Notes: generated from the letters alone by a model not told the origin. 63,341 nt of DNA, filler included, from 8 parts of 8 records of this genome joined end to end with filler, not necessarily neighbours in it; one strand, 5' to 3'; counted from the first letter of the whole stretch, positions 28,544 through 38,912 are shown. Program-made: numbers and translations.

Positions 28544-30756
28544 GCAAGAACATCAATGTAGCCTTGATCGGCAACCCTAATACAGGAAAAACCTCAGTTT
28601 TCAATCAACTTACCGGACTCAAGCAAAAAGTAGGGAACTATCCCGGCATAACGGTTGAGAAAAAAGAAGGAATCTGTAAACTTCCAAGGGGCGTAAAGGC
28701 CCATATCCTGGATCTTCCCGGAACCTATAGCCTTAACACTACTTCGTTGGATGAAAGTCTGGTCGTAGAGCTTTTGCTCAATAAAAACGACAAGGACTAT
28801 CCCGATGTTGCCGTAGTAATCAGCGATGTGGAAAACCTAAAAAGGAACCTACTGCTTTTCACCCAGATAAAAGACCTAAAGATTCCAACCATTCTGGTCA
28901 TCAATATGGCGGATCGTATGGACCGTAAGGGCATTTCGTTGGATGTGGAGACCATGGAAAAAAAGCTGGACACCAAGATTGCCCTCGTGAGTACCAGAAA
29001 AAATACCGGAATCGATAGAATTAAGGAGCTCATTGCCGACTATAAGAGCATCTCCTCAAAACCTATCTTGGATACCTCCAGAATTTCCCCGGAATATTTT
29101 GAGCGTCTAAAAAGCACCTTTCCACAAGAAGATCTCTACAAATTGTGGTTGGTGATCACGCAGGATGTCAACTTTATGCCCATCGAGAAAAAACGCATTC
29201 AGGATGCGACCGATTTCTCCACCAAGTCCAAGGACGAACTCAAAAAATTACAGCATAAGGAGACTGTACTCAGATACCAACTCATCAACAATATTTTAAG
29301 GGAAACCTACAAGGTCGATTTTATGGCCGCCAAAGGTCTTCGGGCATCATTGGATAAGATTTTGACCCACAAAGTCTTTGGTTACCTTATTTTCTTTGCC
29401 ATCCTATTGCTTATTTTCCAAGCCATTTTTGAGTGGAGCTCCTACCCCATGGATTTTATTGATGAAAACTTTGCCTTGGCTGCGGAATGGATCAAAAACA
29501 CCTTACCTCCCGGGGTTTTCACCGATTTACTTGCGGAAGGGATAGTGGCCGGTATTGGCGGAATCGTCATTTTTATTCCCCAAATCGCCTTCCTGTTCCT
29601 CTTTATTTCATTGCTGGAAGAATCCGGATATATGAGCCGTGTAGTATTCTTGATGGATAGGCTGATGCGTCCCTTTGGATTGAGCGGGAAGAGCGTCGTC
29701 CCATTGATTTCAGGAAATGCCTGTGCCATTCCGGCCATTATGGCGACACGGACGATAGAAAACTGGAAGGAACGTCTTATTACCATTTTGGTGACACCTT
29801 TTACCACATGCTCTGCCAGGCTGCCTGTTTATTTAATTTTGATAGCGCTTGTAATTCCGGAAGGAAGCTTTTTAGGGTTAAGTTTCCAAGCGTTGACTTT
29901 GATGCTCCTATATCTCATTGGGTTTGGAATGGCTCTTTTATCTGCTATGGTCCTAAATAAGATCCTTAAAATAAAGAGTAGGGCCATTTTTATGATCGAG
30001 ATGCCAACCTATCGCTTGCCCTTGTTAAAAAATGTTGGCTATACCGTGATTGAAAAGACCAAGAGCTTTGTGCTCGGTGCAGGTAAGATTATTTTGGCTA
30101 TATCAATTGTATTATGGTTTTTGGGCTCCAACGGTTATTCTGATGATTTCCAGAATGCCGAAAGTATTGTAGCCGAACGTATCGAGAACGTAGGATTGAG
30201 CACCTACAGCAAAAATTATGTCCAGAACAATATAGATGCCTATCGCACCAACGCAGAAGCCGAAGGTATGGCCGCTGGTGCAATACAGGATTCCATCCAA
30301 ATACTCAGGGAAGAACTTTCCGAAAGAGCCGTTGCACAGGAAATTGCCAGCTACAAATTAGAGCACTCGTACATTGGTCAAGCAGGAAAAGCCTTTGAAC
30401 CACTTGTAAAACCCTTGGGCTACGACTGGAAAATCGGAATAGCCGTTTTGACCTCCTTTGCTGCACGCGAAGTGTTCGTAGGGACCTTGGCTACCATTTA
30501 TAGTGTGGGAAGCGATGAAGAAGAAACCATACAGAACCGAATGGCCGCGGAACTGGATGAAGATGGCGAACCACTGTTCAATTTGGCTTCCGGCATCTCG
30601 TTGATGTTGTTCTATGCCTTTGCCATGCAATGTATGAGCACACTCGCCATTGTAAAAAGAGAGACGAATTCTTGGAAATGGCCCATGATCCAATTGGGCT
30701 TTATGAGCGTTTTTGCGTATATTATGGCGTTGATGGCCTATCAAATATTAAGTTAA
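28540..30756 (+). CDS. feoB: Ferrous iron transport protein B
   Basis: GNPNTGKT, VGNYPGITVE, DLPGTYSL, NMAD, TCSARLPVY, multi-TM C-terminus. Confidence 0.97.
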   Translation: MSKNINVALIGNPNTGKTSVFNQLTGLKQKVGNYPGITVEKKEGICKLPRGVKAHILDLPGTYSLNTTSLDESLVVELLLNKNDKDYPDVAVVISDVENLKRNLLLFTQIKDLKIPTILVINMADRMDRKGISLDVETMEKKLDTKIALVSTRKNTGIDRIKELIADYKSISSKPILDTSRISPEYFERLKSTFPQEDLYKLWLVITQDVNFMPIEKKRIQDATDFSTKSKDELKKLQHKETVLRYQLINNILRETYKVDFMAAKGLRASLDKILTHKVFGYLIFFAILLLIFQAIFEWSSYPMDFIDENFALAAEWIKNTLPPGVFTDLLAEGIVAGIGGIVIFIPQIAFLFLFISLLEESGYMSRVVFLMDRLMRPFGLSGKSVVPLISGNACAIPAIMATRTIENWKERLITILVTPFTTCSARLPVYLILIALVIPEGSFLGLSFQALTLMLLYLIGFGMALLSAMVLNKILKIKSRAIFMIEMPTYRLPLLKNVGYTVIEKTKSFVLGAGKIILAISIVLWFLGSNGYSDDFQNAESIVAERIENVGLSTYSKNYVQNNIDAYRTNAEAEGMAAGAIQDSIQILREELSERAVAQEIASYKLEHSYIGQAGKAFEPLVKPLGYDWKIGIAVLTSFAAREVFVGTLATIYSVGSDEEETIQNRMAAELDEDGEPLFNLASGISLMLFYAFAMQCMSTLAIVKRETNSWKWPMIQLGFMSVFAYIMALMAYQILS

Positions 30757-30763
30757 CCCAATC

Positions 30764-30907
30764 ATGGTTCAACAAATTTTAGCATACGGAACATTGATTA
30801 TTGCAGCAGGTTATTTAGTGTGGAAATTCTTGCTTCCCAAATCACTCTTCGGTAAAGGGAGTAAAGATTCCAATTCCTGCGGAAGCGATAACTGCGGTTG
30901 CAGTTAA
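30764..30907 (+). CDS. FeoB-associated Cys-rich membrane protein (47 aa, not in ORF track)
   Basis: Hand translation MVQQILAYGTLIIAAGYLVWKFLLPKSLFGKGSKDSNSCGSDNCGCS. Confidence 0.85.
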   Translation: MVQQILAYGTLIIAAGYLVWKFLLPKSLFGKGSKDSNSCGSDNCGCS

Positions 30908-30924
30908 CTCCTTTTTAATGCAGT

Positions 30925-30950
30925 TGTCAGGTCGTGCGCAGTCGAGACCT
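30925..30950 (+). repeat. Flavobacterial REP-like element
   Basis: TGTCAGGTCGTGCGCAGTCGAGACCT; second copy at 36262. Confidence 0.6.
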
Positions 30951-31183
30951 TTAGAATAGTAAATGATGATTGAATCATCGACTAAATATTATTACACTGA
31001 ATATCATTATTTCACTACTTTAGTCCATAGGATATTCCCGCTAAGAACACGGAAAGAAATAAACAACTTTTGAACACAAATCTTGTTTGTTTAAACTTCG
31101 ATAAGAATAGTAATAATCTACAAAGTAGTCTGTTCTCTATTTAAAATTATTCCTCAATTCATAGATCTGTTCATAGTCAAGCC

Positions 31184-31627
31184 CTATTCCAAAACTATGG
31201 TTGATGATTGCCTTGCCGCCAAAAGCCAACCCCTATCGCTGGATATCCAAATATTCGTGAATCTCCTTGGTATCCATTGATTTTCATCTGTGGTCATACT
31301 TGGTGGTTGCTGCAACTCCTTTCCCATAACCACGGCAACATTGGCATTAAAGGTTTTTCTCTCGATGATTCGTTTTACCTTGGGAAATTTATGCCCATTT
31401 TCCATTAGTGCAACTATCTCTTTGGGAGTCACTATTTTTCCTTTGGTATTGTTCACAACATAATCAGGAGACCAAATATCCAACAATGCGGCAGTATCCC
31501 CATCGTCCAGCAATTTCGTCCATTTTTTTTCCAATTTTCGAATTTCCATTTCATCCTTCGACTGCCCGTAGGTAAGGCATACCGTCAATAGCAACAGTGC
31601 AAGGGAACTTATCTTTTTCATTGTCAT
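31184..31627 (-). CDS. Secreted NTF2-like (DUF4440) protein
   Basis: Signal peptide; RFTNIW...WLLAARQ NTF2-type C-terminus. Confidence 0.8.
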   Translation of the reverse strand: MTMKKISSLALLLLTVCLTYGQSKDEMEIRKLEKKWTKLLDDGDTAALLDIWSPDYVVNNTKGKIVTPKEIVALMENGHKFPKVKRIIERKTFNANVAVVMGKELQQPPSMTTDENQWIPRRFTNIWISSDRGWLLAARQSSTIVLE

Positions 31628-31680
31628 AAGGTTAAATCCATATTTTGCGTACGTAATTCCAATTATCCATAAAAGATAAA

Positions 31681-32550
31681 TTATTTCCTGAAAGAATCTG
31701 ATATAAAGGTCATAAAGTCGGGCAATATCCCACGCCAATATGTCCAGTCATGGGCACCATTCTGTATTCTGAACTCATGCTCCACACCCTTGGCCTTCAG
31801 CACTGTGTGCAACATCACATTGTTGGGCGACAAATGATCATCATCACCACAGCTTATGTACCATTTTATGTTTTGTTCCGCATCCTTAGGTTGGTTTTCA
31901 AAAAATGATATTACATCATAAGGTTTGTACCAATCCATCAATATCTTTTCACTGACATTCGGATACTTTCCTTTCAGGTATTGGGAATCATATTTTCTTA
32001 CTGCTCCGCTCAATGCGCAGGCCACCGAGAATTCTTCCGGTTGGTGAACGGCATATTGGATCACGGCCGCACCCCCCAAAGAAGCCCCGGCAATGGCCTT
32101 GCTATCCCTATCTTTACGGCATCGATAGTTTTGTTCGATATGTGGAATGAATTCTTTGAAAAAGAAATCCTCAAAATCAAAATCGCCTTCGGGATCATTA
32201 AAATAACTGATTCTCTTTGCTCCATAGTTGGCGTCCGGTGTCACCACTATCATGGGAACTATATCTCCATTTGCGATGGCATTGTCCAAATAATGCTTCA
32301 ATTCCCCATAATAGAGCCAAGACCTATGATCTGGAACCGTGTTTCGAGGTCCCGCTGGATGCAATAGATAAAGAACCGGATAGGTCATATCGGAAGTATC
32401 ATAACCCTGTGGCAAATAAATGGAATAGTGTCGCTCTTTCTTTAGAATGGAGCTTTCAAGCGTCTTAGCTTCGAATACCTTTCCTTGATTTTGGGCATTT
32501 ACTGACAATGTATTCCATAAAATGACCCCTAGAACAATAAAGTATCTCAT
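31681..32550 (-). CDS. Secreted esterase (alpha/beta hydrolase)
   Basis: YPVLYLLH, GASLGG nucleophile elbow, CGDDD, GAHDWTYW. Confidence 0.9.
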   Translation of the reverse strand: MRYFIVLGVILWNTLSVNAQNQGKVFEAKTLESSILKKERHYSIYLPQGYDTSDMTYPVLYLLHPAGPRNTVPDHRSWLYYGELKHYLDNAIANGDIVPMIVVTPDANYGAKRISYFNDPEGDFDFEDFFFKEFIPHIEQNYRCRKDRDSKAIAGASLGGAAVIQYAVHQPEEFSVACALSGAVRKYDSQYLKGKYPNVSEKILMDWYKPYDVISFFENQPKDAEQNIKWYISCGDDDHLSPNNVMLHTVLKAKGVEHEFRIQNGAHDWTYWRGILPDFMTFISDSFRK

Positions 32551-32634
32551 ATTAGTTGGTATAAGTTAATTGTTTGTTTAAAGATAAGAGTGTGTAGTTT
32601 AAATTAATTAATCCAGATCAGCATCCAGATACAT

Positions 32635-33024
32635 TCAATCTGCAATCCTATTGTTCTTGTCAAAAGACATAAAGAAATTGATCCAAATGTTCCTTGAAAT
32701 CCTTAAAATCAAGGGTAGTGCCAAAATCATTACTACCACAATTGCACAATAGGTCGTAATTAAGCTTAAATCAAAAATGAGAAATCCCAACACAAATGTT
32801 GCAATGGCAAAAACAAGGCCCACAGGATAGCTTACATACATAGCACCGTAAAAAAAGGAAGGTTCTATCTTATACTTCGTTTTACAGTGGCTGCATCTTT
32901 CTTTCATTTTCAATGTACTGTGCAATTTATAAGGATTTGGTTCCTCATACATACTTTCATTTTGACAAACAGGACATTTACCAGTAAAAACACTATAGAC
33001 CTTTGTACCTTCAAAAATTTCCAT
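32635..33024 (-). CDS. DUF983 family membrane protein
   Basis: CPVC...CSHC..EPSFFYGAMYVSY plus two TM helices. Confidence 0.85.
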   Translation of the reverse strand: MEIFEGTKVYSVFTGKCPVCQNESMYEEPNPYKLHSTLKMKERCSHCKTKYKIEPSFFYGAMYVSYPVGLVFAIATFVLGFLIFDLSLITTYCAIVVVMILALPLILRISRNIWINFFMSFDKNNRIAD

Positions 33025-33133
33025 GATCAATTTTTAAAAACGCTAACCTTTTTAATTTAAATGACAAAGGTAAAAACGAAACCAATTTTAGTCTTATACA
33101 ATACTCTCCATTATTTGTACATTTAGGACATTT

Positions 33134-34030
33134 ATGTACAATAAACCCATGATTCCAATTTTAAACATATCGGAGTTTGAAAAAAAGATAAGCACAAATG
33201 AGGTGTACAGCAATGAACTGGGAAAGCACCTGATGAACAACAGTGACATAGTCCACACGGCTCATAAACATGATTTTTTCTTATGCGTCCTTTTTACCAA
33301 GGGAAGAGGTACGCATGAAATTGATTTCAACAATTATGACCTTGGCCCAGGGAGTGTGTTTTTCTTAAAACCAGGCCAAACCCATTTATGGAAATTTGAC
33401 AGCGAGCCTGATGGTTTCATATTTTTTCATACCAGGGATTTCTTTGAAATTGGCTTTTCGGATACCAAACTTGAACAATTCCCTTTCTACTTTTCTAATG
33501 AAAACCCACCAAACCTTCACATAAATTTGGATAATCTTGAACAAATCAAGACACGGTTTGCCGAATTGAATTCCGAATACCATAAAAACCTACCCTTTAA
33601 AGAACAAAAGTTACAGGGCTTAATAAGACTAATCTATATTGACCTGTCCCGATTATATTCCTCATATGAATCGCACAAAATTATAGCTTCAACAACCTAT
33701 CTCAACACTCTAAGGAACTTGGAAACCTTGATTCAAAAAAATTATAGCAAGGAAAAAAGGGTACGGTATTACGCGGAAAAACTAAACATCACTACAAAGC
33801 ATTTGAACAGAGTTACCATGGAATCCATTGGCAAGTCACCCTCAGAACTAATCCAAGAACGTTTATTATTGGAAGCCAAGCGACTCTTGGTACATTCAGA
33901 AAATTCCTTGGTAAACATCTCTGACTTTCTGGGATTTAAGGATTATGCCCATTTCTCTAAAGTTTTTAAAGTTAAAACAGGGGCCACACCAACAGATTTT
34001 AGAAAGAAATACAAAAGTTCAGTTTCATGA
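33134..34030 (+). CDS. AraC family transcriptional regulator
   Basis: HKHDFF cupin N-terminus; LGFKDYAHFSKVFK..TG.TP..FR. Confidence 0.93.
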   Translation: MYNKPMIPILNISEFEKKISTNEVYSNELGKHLMNNSDIVHTAHKHDFFLCVLFTKGRGTHEIDFNNYDLGPGSVFFLKPGQTHLWKFDSEPDGFIFFHTRDFFEIGFSDTKLEQFPFYFSNENPPNLHINLDNLEQIKTRFAELNSEYHKNLPFKEQKLQGLIRLIYIDLSRLYSSYESHKIIASTTYLNTLRNLETLIQKNYSKEKRVRYYAEKLNITTKHLNRVTMESIGKSPSELIQERLLLEAKRLLVHSENSLVNISDFLGFKDYAHFSKVFKVKTGATPTDFRKKYKSSVS

Positions 34031-34111
34031 CCTCGCGACTACGTTCTCACATCCTATTTCCAACAACTTATTTTCACAAATCACAATTTTTTAATTTTTT
34101 CCCTCCCTTTT

Positions 34112-34140
34112 TGTAACCTTTCTTAATTTCCTGACTATAT
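34112..34140 (+). promoter_or_regulatory. Candidate ECF-type autoregulatory promoter
   Basis: TGTAACC -35-like element and GACT -10-like element just upstream of the ECF sigma gene. Confidence 0.4.
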
Positions 34141-34168
34141 AAGATAAACGCCAACTAAAAAATAGCAT

Positions 34169-34693
34169 TTGGAAACACTTTCAGATGAAATGATCATGCA
34201 AAAAGTATCCGAAGGCAATTTGGATCTGCTCAATGTACTATTTGACCGTCACCACAAACATGTGTACAATTTTCTGTACAAAATGTCGGGCGATCGCATG
34301 TTGGCCGAAGATCTTACACAAGATGTTTTTTACAAACTGATCAAGTATCGGAACTCATATAACAATGGATCCTTCGTGTCGTGGATGTTTACTATAGCGC
34401 GCAACAGCCTAAAAACATATTACACAAGAAACCATAAGTCGCATGATGATATCGAGGTATTGGCATACCAAGCAGTGGAAGAGGAAAATGATACAAGCGA
34501 GAACAATGCCCATTTGCAATATGCCTTGAGCCAGTTGGATCCTTATGACCGTGAACTGGTGATTTTGAACCGGTACCAAGAAATCAAGTACGATGACCTT
34601 GCCGAAATAATGGGAAGTACCCCAGGAGCCGTAAAAACCAGAGTGTGTAGGATCTTGAAAAAATTGAAGAATATTTATTTAGAAAGTATATAG
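34169..34693 (+). CDS. ECF RNA polymerase sigma factor
   Basis: AEDLTQDVF, SWMFTIARN, region-4 GAVKTR; TTG start. Confidence 0.93.
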   Translation: METLSDEMIMQKVSEGNLDLLNVLFDRHHKHVYNFLYKMSGDRMLAEDLTQDVFYKLIKYRNSYNNGSFVSWMFTIARNSLKTYYTRNHKSHDDIEVLAYQAVEEENDTSENNAHLQYALSQLDPYDRELVILNRYQEIKYDDLAEIMGSTPGAVKTRVCRILKKLKNIYLESI

Positions 34694-34695
34694 CC

Positions 34696-35481
34696 ATGGA
34701 AAAGAATCATGTTTTTCACCAAATACCGGACTATCTGGATGGCAATTTGAACAAATCGGCAGTAGCTGAATTTGAAAAGCACCTTGAACAATGTGCCGAT
34801 TGCCAAAAGGAACTGGAGGAGATGAAGACCTTTTTTAATGTGTTTGAAGAAGAGGTTCCAACACCCTCGGATAGGCTTAAAGCAAAGTTTGAATCTACAC
34901 TTGAACAGCAAAAATTGAACCAGGGGAAAGTAGTTCAACTTGAATCCAAACCATCATCAAATTGGACAGGAAATATTTTGAAAATAGCAGCGAGTATTGC
35001 ACTGTTGGTTGCCGCCTTCCAAATGGGAAGTCTGTTCCAGCAGCGAAAAGTGAACGAAGATATTGCGCAGCTTCAGGACGAGACCAATCAGATGAAGCAA
35101 ACGACCATGCTATCGTTGATGGAGAATCAATCTGCCAGTAAGCGTATTCAAGGTGTGAACTATATCGAGGAATTTGAACAACCCGATGAAGCCATCATCC
35201 AAGCCCTTGCCAACAGATTGCTCTATGATGAAAATGATAATGTTCGGATGACGGCTTTCGAGGCATTGGTCAACTTTACCTCCTCCGAAATCGTAAAAAC
35301 AACTTTTATCGAAGCCTTGGAACAAGAACAAAATCCAAGTATCCAAGTGGCCATCATTCAAGCTTTGGTTCAAATCCAAGAGAAAAAAGCGGCCGAACCC
35401 ATGAAAAAATTATTGGAAAAAGAAGACACACAACCCTTTATCAAAGATCAAATCAAGGCAGTATTGCCAAGTTTAACATAA
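34696..35481 (+). CDS. Anti-sigma factor (zf-HC2, TM, HEAT repeats)
   Basis: HLEQCADC (HxxxCxxC), TM IAASIALLV, HEAT-like DENDNVR. Confidence 0.88.
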   Translation: MEKNHVFHQIPDYLDGNLNKSAVAEFEKHLEQCADCQKELEEMKTFFNVFEEEVPTPSDRLKAKFESTLEQQKLNQGKVVQLESKPSSNWTGNILKIAASIALLVAAFQMGSLFQQRKVNEDIAQLQDETNQMKQTTMLSLMENQSASKRIQGVNYIEEFEQPDEAIIQALANRLLYDENDNVRMTAFEALVNFTSSEIVKTTFIEALEQEQNPSIQVAIIQALVQIQEKKAAEPMKKLLEKEDTQPFIKDQIKAVLPSLT

Positions 35482-35501
35482 ACATCAAAAAAGCGAATAT
35501 C

Positions 35502-36254
35502 ATGAGAAAATTCACATTTATTTTAATGGCACTTTTTGTAGGCGTCATTACCAATGCGCAAAGCGATTACACAAAATCCCTAAACGGAATTCAATGGGTG
35601 AAAATCGAATCCAATGCAGACATTATTTTAAAAACCCATAGCGCCAATGAACTTTTGATCAAATCCGGACCCGAAATTAAAATACCTGAGAGAGCAAAAG
35701 GTCTAAAATTAGTGGGAGAAGGCGGTACCGACAATACCAACATTGGGTTTTCCGTAGTCCAAGATGGCAATACCTTGATTATCCATAACCTAAGAAAGAA
35801 CAAGAAAGGAGAAATATATCTGCCAGCATCACAAAACGTTGCCGTAAAAAGTACGTGGAACGGCGATATTGAAATAGATGGATTTTCCGGGGAAATTGAA
35901 GCGGATGCACAACTTAACGGTAACGTAAAGCTATTAAACGTAAACGGTCCCGTAACCGCGAATTCATTGAACGGCGAGCTGGAAGTCGTTTTCGGAAAAG
36001 TTACACAGGATTCCCCTATTTCGCTATATTCCACCAATGGAGCGGTAGATGTGAGTCTGCCCGCCGATACACCGGCCAATTTAGCCTTGAGCACCCTCAA
36101 CGGAAATGTCTACACCGACTTTGAAGTACAAGCAGAGAACAAAGACGGCCTAAAATCAGTTTTGGGAAGAGATATCAAAGCTTCCATTAACGGAGGTGGT
36201 GTAAAAATCTCCATGAAATCCACCAATGGAAACATGTACCTAAGAAAAAAATAA
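35502..36254 (+). CDS. DUF4097 beta-repeat (adhesin-like) exported protein
   Basis: Signal peptide; repeated (S/T)xNG motifs. Confidence 0.85.
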   Translation: MRKFTFILMALFVGVITNAQSDYTKSLNGIQWVKIESNADIILKTHSANELLIKSGPEIKIPERAKGLKLVGEGGTDNTNIGFSVVQDGNTLIIHNLRKNKKGEIYLPASQNVAVKSTWNGDIEIDGFSGEIEADAQLNGNVKLLNVNGPVTANSLNGELEVVFGKVTQDSPISLYSTNGAVDVSLPADTPANLALSTLNGNVYTDFEVQAENKDGLKSVLGRDIKASINGGGVKISMKSTNGNMYLRKK

Positions 36255-36261
36255 ATCAACC

Positions 36262-36286
36262 TGTCACATCGAGCGCAGTCGAAAGG
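36262..36286 (+). repeat. Flavobacterial REP-like element
   Basis: TGTCACATCGAGCGCAGTCGAAAGG. Confidence 0.6.
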
Positions 36287-36339
36287 CTCAAGATGGCAAA
36301 AACATCAATTACATATTAAAATCAAAAAATCGAACAGTC

Positions 36340-37053
36340 ATGAAAAAATTCATCATCACCGTTTTTGTGGGCTTCGCCACACTATCCTTGGCCGCACAAA
36401 AAATCATTGAAAAAAGCTTCAATTATTCTGGACAATCCATTGACCTGGATGTAAAATTTGCCAAAAACATCGAGGTTAAAACTTGGGATAAATCCACCGT
36501 TTATTTTAAGGCCGACATAAAAACAGAGGACGGTAAATTTATTGACCTCTATAAACTGAATATTGATGAGGGAAGCAGTTCTCTGCATATCAAATCAGAT
36601 GCAAAACCTGTTTTTGAAGCATTCCACGATGAATGGAACAAAAACAACCCCAACAAGGAGAAGCGCTATTACTTTACGCATGACACCTACGAATTCAACT
36701 ATGTGTTGTATGTGCCCAAAGGCGCAACTTTTAAAGTGAGCAGTATAAACGGTGACCTCAAATCTGAAATTATTGAAGGGGATTTTACCGCAGATTTGAT
36801 CAACGGGGACATTGATATTGCCAAATATAACGGCGACATGGACCTACAGACCATCAATGGGGAAATAGATTTGGTGATGAAAAATTCCAGATTGGTCGCA
36901 GAGACCATCCATGGCAGTATCTATGCCGATGAGGGCATGGAACTAACCGTAAGTGACCGATATGTGGGCCAAAAAGTGGAAGGTAGTTTCGACAACGCCA
37001 CGCACCGACTAAAACTGAATACCATAAACGGTAACATGTACCTAAGGCTTTAA
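36340..37053 (+). CDS. DUF4097 beta-repeat exported protein (paralog)
   Basis: Signal peptide; SINGD, LINGD, TINGE, TINGN repeats. Confidence 0.82.
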   Translation: MKKFIITVFVGFATLSLAAQKIIEKSFNYSGQSIDLDVKFAKNIEVKTWDKSTVYFKADIKTEDGKFIDLYKLNIDEGSSSLHIKSDAKPVFEAFHDEWNKNNPNKEKRYYFTHDTYEFNYVLYVPKGATFKVSSINGDLKSEIIEGDFTADLINGDIDIAKYNGDMDLQTINGEIDLVMKNSRLVAETIHGSIYADEGMELTVSDRYVGQKVEGSFDNATHRLKLNTINGNMYLRL

Positions 37054-37056
37054 ATA

Positions 37057-38106
37057 ATGGGTGGTAAAAATGTATTGTTTATTTTGACCTTGGTGGTTTG
37101 TACTATCATGTCTTGCCAAAAAAAGGGAAAAACAAGTCTTGAGGAACAATTTGTATTATCCGTAACAGCAAAGGGTTTTCCTGATAGCACCAAAGTTTAT
37201 CTATACAACAGGGACATTGATAAAAACCTTGATTCCGCCTTTGTGATCAATCAAAGGTTTGAATTTAGTGGAAAAGTGGACTTGCCCTCTTTGTGCTATC
37301 TCAATTTTTATGATAAAGAAAATAACCCACTGGAACCGTACCATTATTTCTTTTTGGAAAATGATTCTATCTTCATAGAAGGGGATTATTCCAATTTTAT
37401 AGATGCAAAGGTGGTCGGTTCTGAGCAATCCGACCTTCTTGCGGCATATTATGCAACTTTAAGGAATACCCCAAAGGAAAACAGAAAATCCAAGCAATTG
37501 GACTTCCTGTTTTCCAATGCCGATAACCAAATGGCACTGAACCAATTGTTATATATTAAAAAAGAAGTGTCCAAGGACAGTTTGTTATTGTTCCATGAGC
37601 GTCTGGATTCCATTAATTCCAGTTCACCAAAAGGACTGGAACTCCTGACTTACGCAAAAACTAGCGACATAAAACCAGGAGATAAATACAGAAACATCGT
37701 TGGATATGATCTTGATGGGGAAGAGCACCAATTGTTCGATTATAAGGGCAAGGTTATTCTTTTGGATTTTTGGGGAACAGGTTGTGTTCCCTGCCGAAAG
37801 CAGAACAAGGAAGAATTTCCAAGATTGATGGAAAAATACAATGAAGAAGATTTTGTGCTCATCAGTTATTCTCTTGACAAGGAGAGAAAATGGTGGGAAA
37901 AAGCCAGTAAAGAGGACAAAATCAATTGGATAAACATATCAGACTTGGTGGGAATGAAAAGCGAAAACGTGCAAAAATATGCTGTTACCGCCATCCCTAA
38001 CTCTTTCTTGATCGACAAAAACGGTACCGTGGTCAAATCTTTTGTTGGATTTTATGAGAGAGAGAACAGTATTGAAAGAGAAATTGACAAATTGCTTGCC
38101 AAATGA
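37057..38106 (+). CDS. TlpA-family thiol-disulfide lipoprotein (DUF4369 + thioredoxin)
   Basis: Lipobox IMSC; LLDFWGTGCVPCR CxxC; AIPNSFLID. Confidence 0.9.
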   Translation: MGGKNVLFILTLVVCTIMSCQKKGKTSLEEQFVLSVTAKGFPDSTKVYLYNRDIDKNLDSAFVINQRFEFSGKVDLPSLCYLNFYDKENNPLEPYHYFFLENDSIFIEGDYSNFIDAKVVGSEQSDLLAAYYATLRNTPKENRKSKQLDFLFSNADNQMALNQLLYIKKEVSKDSLLLFHERLDSINSSSPKGLELLTYAKTSDIKPGDKYRNIVGYDLDGEEHQLFDYKGKVILLDFWGTGCVPCRKQNKEEFPRLMEKYNEEDFVLISYSLDKERKWWEKASKEDKINWINISDLVGMKSENVQKYAVTAIPNSFLIDKNGTVVKSFVGFYERENSIEREIDKLLAK

Positions 38107-38107
38107 T

Positions 38108-38500
38108 TTAAACCAAATTGGAAACAAAGGAATAGAGCAACAAGGCCCATCCCGCTGTCAAAAGCAATCCACCAAGCGGGGTCACCGGGCCCAGAAACTT
38201 TGGTTTATTGCCTTTCGCCGCGCCCAAACAAAGGGCGTATATGCTGAAGGAAAATAATAGGGTCCCGAAAATAAAACAGTTGACTATCCAAGAATCCAGT
38301 GGTTGATCAAAGCTTAAATTAAATCCTAGCACCAATAGCACAATAGCGTGATACATCTGATATTTGACCCCTGTCTCAAAACTTTGCAGCAGTTCGGGGG
38401 TCAATTTCTTTTTAAGCGCGTGTGCGCCGAAAGCACCAAAAATTACTGCTAAAAGTCCATAAAGGGCGCCCATTAATTGGGCCATAAATAGTGTTCCCAT
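38108..38500 (-). CDS. DUF423 family membrane protein
   Basis: GAFGAHAL, YQMYHA, GPVTPLGG. Confidence 0.92.
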   Translation of the reverse strand: MGTLFMAQLMGALYGLLAVIFGAFGAHALKKKLTPELLQSFETGVKYQMYHAIVLLVLGFNLSFDQPLDSWIVNCFIFGTLLFSFSIYALCLGAAKGNKPKFLGPVTPLGGLLLTAGWALLLYSFVSNLV

Positions 38501-38505
38501 ATTTT

Positions 38506-38910
38506 TTAAAGATCTATATGAATTTTGTGATCGGAACTCATCTTAAAGGCACATTCCTTAAACTTGGGCGGACCAAACGTTTTCATCTTGCCTCTGGAAA
38601 AAGCCACCTTTTCCTTTGGAATCCCCAACCAATTGGTATCCAGTTTTCCATTATTGTTCTCATCATGGAAAATGGCCAATGCATACTCGCCAGCAGGAAG
38701 ATCGGTGATATGCATCATCACACTTCCTTGGTGGGCCACTACACTGTTCGTTTTCAATACATGATCAAAGGACAAAAAAGCTTCGTCGGAATCATACACG
38801 GCCACACTCACCTTGCCCTTCGCGGACTCCACATTGTTGACCTGTATGGAAAGTGTATTCTGAGAAATGCCTATTACGGGCAACAACAATAAAAAAATAA
38901 AAGTTTTCAT
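38506..38910 (-). CDS. DUF2141 family protein
   Basis: GEYALAIFHDENNNGKLDTNWLGIPKE, FGPPKF. Confidence 0.9.
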   Translation of the reverse strand: MKTFIFLLLLPVIGISQNTLSIQVNNVESAKGKVSVAVYDSDEAFLSFDHVLKTNSVVAHQGSVMMHITDLPAGEYALAIFHDENNNGKLDTNWLGIPKEKVAFSRGKMKTFGPPKFKECAFKMSSDHKIHIDL

Positions 38911-38912
38911 AT

